A stretch of DNA of 37,745 nt from positions 1-37,745 of the forward strand of contig JAFGND010000073.1 in the NCBI GenBank assembly GCA_016927185.1. Reading direction: 5' to 3'. This document shows positions 37,204-37,745 of this stretch, in pieces; the stretch's first letter is position 1, and each line of letters opens with the position of its first letter. The position numbers and the translations under genes were made by a program. The notes beneath the pieces are model-generated. The model did not search any database, was not told the origin of the DNA, and was given only the letters and a program-made list of their open reading frames with translations. This stretch comes from Candidatus Coatesbacteria bacterium. Lineage in GTDB: Bacteria > JAFGND01.

Positions 37204-37445
37204 CTGCCTAATCCAAGAGCTTTCAATATCTCGTTCTGATTAAATCCAACAATTATCCTGCTTCCAATTTCGACAACAGGAACTCCGATCTGACCGCTTT
37301 TCTGTATCATTCTTTGAGCTGCATTATGATCCCTTGAAACATCAATTTCTGTAAATGCAACTCCCCTGTCCTTGAGAAATCTTTTTACCATTGTGCAATA
37401 TCCGCATGTCGGTGTTGAATAGACTGTAACTTTCTGATTTGTCAT
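37200..37445 (-). CDS. Glutaredoxin-like protein (NrdH/YruB type)
   Basis: VYSTPTCGYC, SGQ.GVP, IVGF; SD AAGGAGG. Confidence 0.93.
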   Translation of the reverse strand: MTNQKVTVYSTPTCGYCTMVKRFLKDRGVAFTEIDVSRDHNAAQRMIQKSGQIGVPVVEIGSRIIVGFNQNEILKALGLGR

Positions 37446-37466
37446 TCAAACCCTCCTTTTGAAAAG

Positions 37467-37495
37467 AGTCTAATAAAATTCTCTCTGTTTGTCAA
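37467..37495 (-). promoter_or_regulatory. sigma70 promoter of the glutaredoxin gene
   Basis: Minus-strand TTGACA (37495-37490), 17 nt, TAGACT (37472-37467). Confidence 0.65.
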
Positions 37496-37575
37496 TAGTT
37501 TTTACTCAATAAACTATAAATCTGCTTAAGACTTTCTTGAAATATCGCGTTTGTTAGTCTTCCTTGATTATTCAT
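37492..37575 (-). CDS. Unannotated 27-aa small ORF or 5' gene remnant (MNNQGRLTNAIFQESLKQIYSLLSKNY)
   Basis: AAGGAGGTG Shine-Dalgarno 5 nt before ATG 37575; TGA at 37494-37492. Confidence 0.45.
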   Translation of the reverse strand: MNNQGRLTNAIFQESLKQIYSLLSKNY

Positions 37576-37591
37576 GATAACACCTCCTTCC

Positions 37592-37618
37592 TGTCATGCT
37601 GAACTTGTTTAAGCATCT
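37592..37618. repeat. REP-like palindromic element
   Basis: TGTCATGCTGAACTTGTTTAAGCATCT, imperfect hairpin; degenerate relative at 24802-24825. Confidence 0.5.
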
Positions 37619-37745
37619 CAATAAGAATAATTTTCTATTCCATTTCAGGGAAATCTGCCTCTTTCAAGACAGACTCCCTGGTTATGGAAATAGAGGCTTT
37701 CCCATTGATTAATCATACATATATTTTCATATTAAAGAGCTTATC

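Noticed and set aside
37635-37745. Minus-strand frame interrupted by a single TGA (possible recoding, selenocysteine or pseudogene)
   Set aside because: Truncated by the window edge with no recognizable homology; TGA is a normal stop elsewhere (ruvC, ferredoxin, LCP)

Overview
AT-rich bacterial chromosomal segment, standard code 11, mostly housekeeping and cell-envelope genes. It encodes a type IX secretion (T9SS) translocon (SprA) and three T9SS-CTD cargo proteins, yet uses E. coli-type TTGACA/TATAAT promoters and strong Shine-Dalgarno sites. That combination suggests a non-Bacteroidota, FCB-like lineage (inference). In order: a compact RNase P RNA lacking P18; a cobalamin-riboswitch-controlled, stand-alone BtuG-like lipoprotein; a T9SS cargo; kbl; an Fe-S protein; a hybrid histidine kinase; a UshA-like/thioredoxin fusion; rlmN; three small genes; a long minus-strand run (cheC, EF-G paralog, yebC, ruvC, ruvA, WD40-CTD, PQQ-repeat-CTD, LCP, ygiQ, degenerate glgA, NapH-like ferredoxin, nitrilase-family amidase, mtnA, sprA); an acyl-CoA dehydrogenase/hydratase/3-hydroxyacyl-CoA dehydrogenase/SCP2-type thiolase operon; and a glutaredoxin. 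The best candidate for an undescribed system is a pair of unrelated, secreted, Cys-patterned beta-propellers that share a 68/70-nt identical short T9SS-CTD tail, one built from recently amplified 120-nt repeats with focal variability. Other oddities are a full-length glycogen-synthase pseudoenzyme heading the sprA operon and an EF-G paralog with a degenerate G4 motif. No CRISPR array, transposase, integrase, reverse transcriptase, tRNA or rRNA was seen. All family calls come from motif recognition by eye, not database searches.
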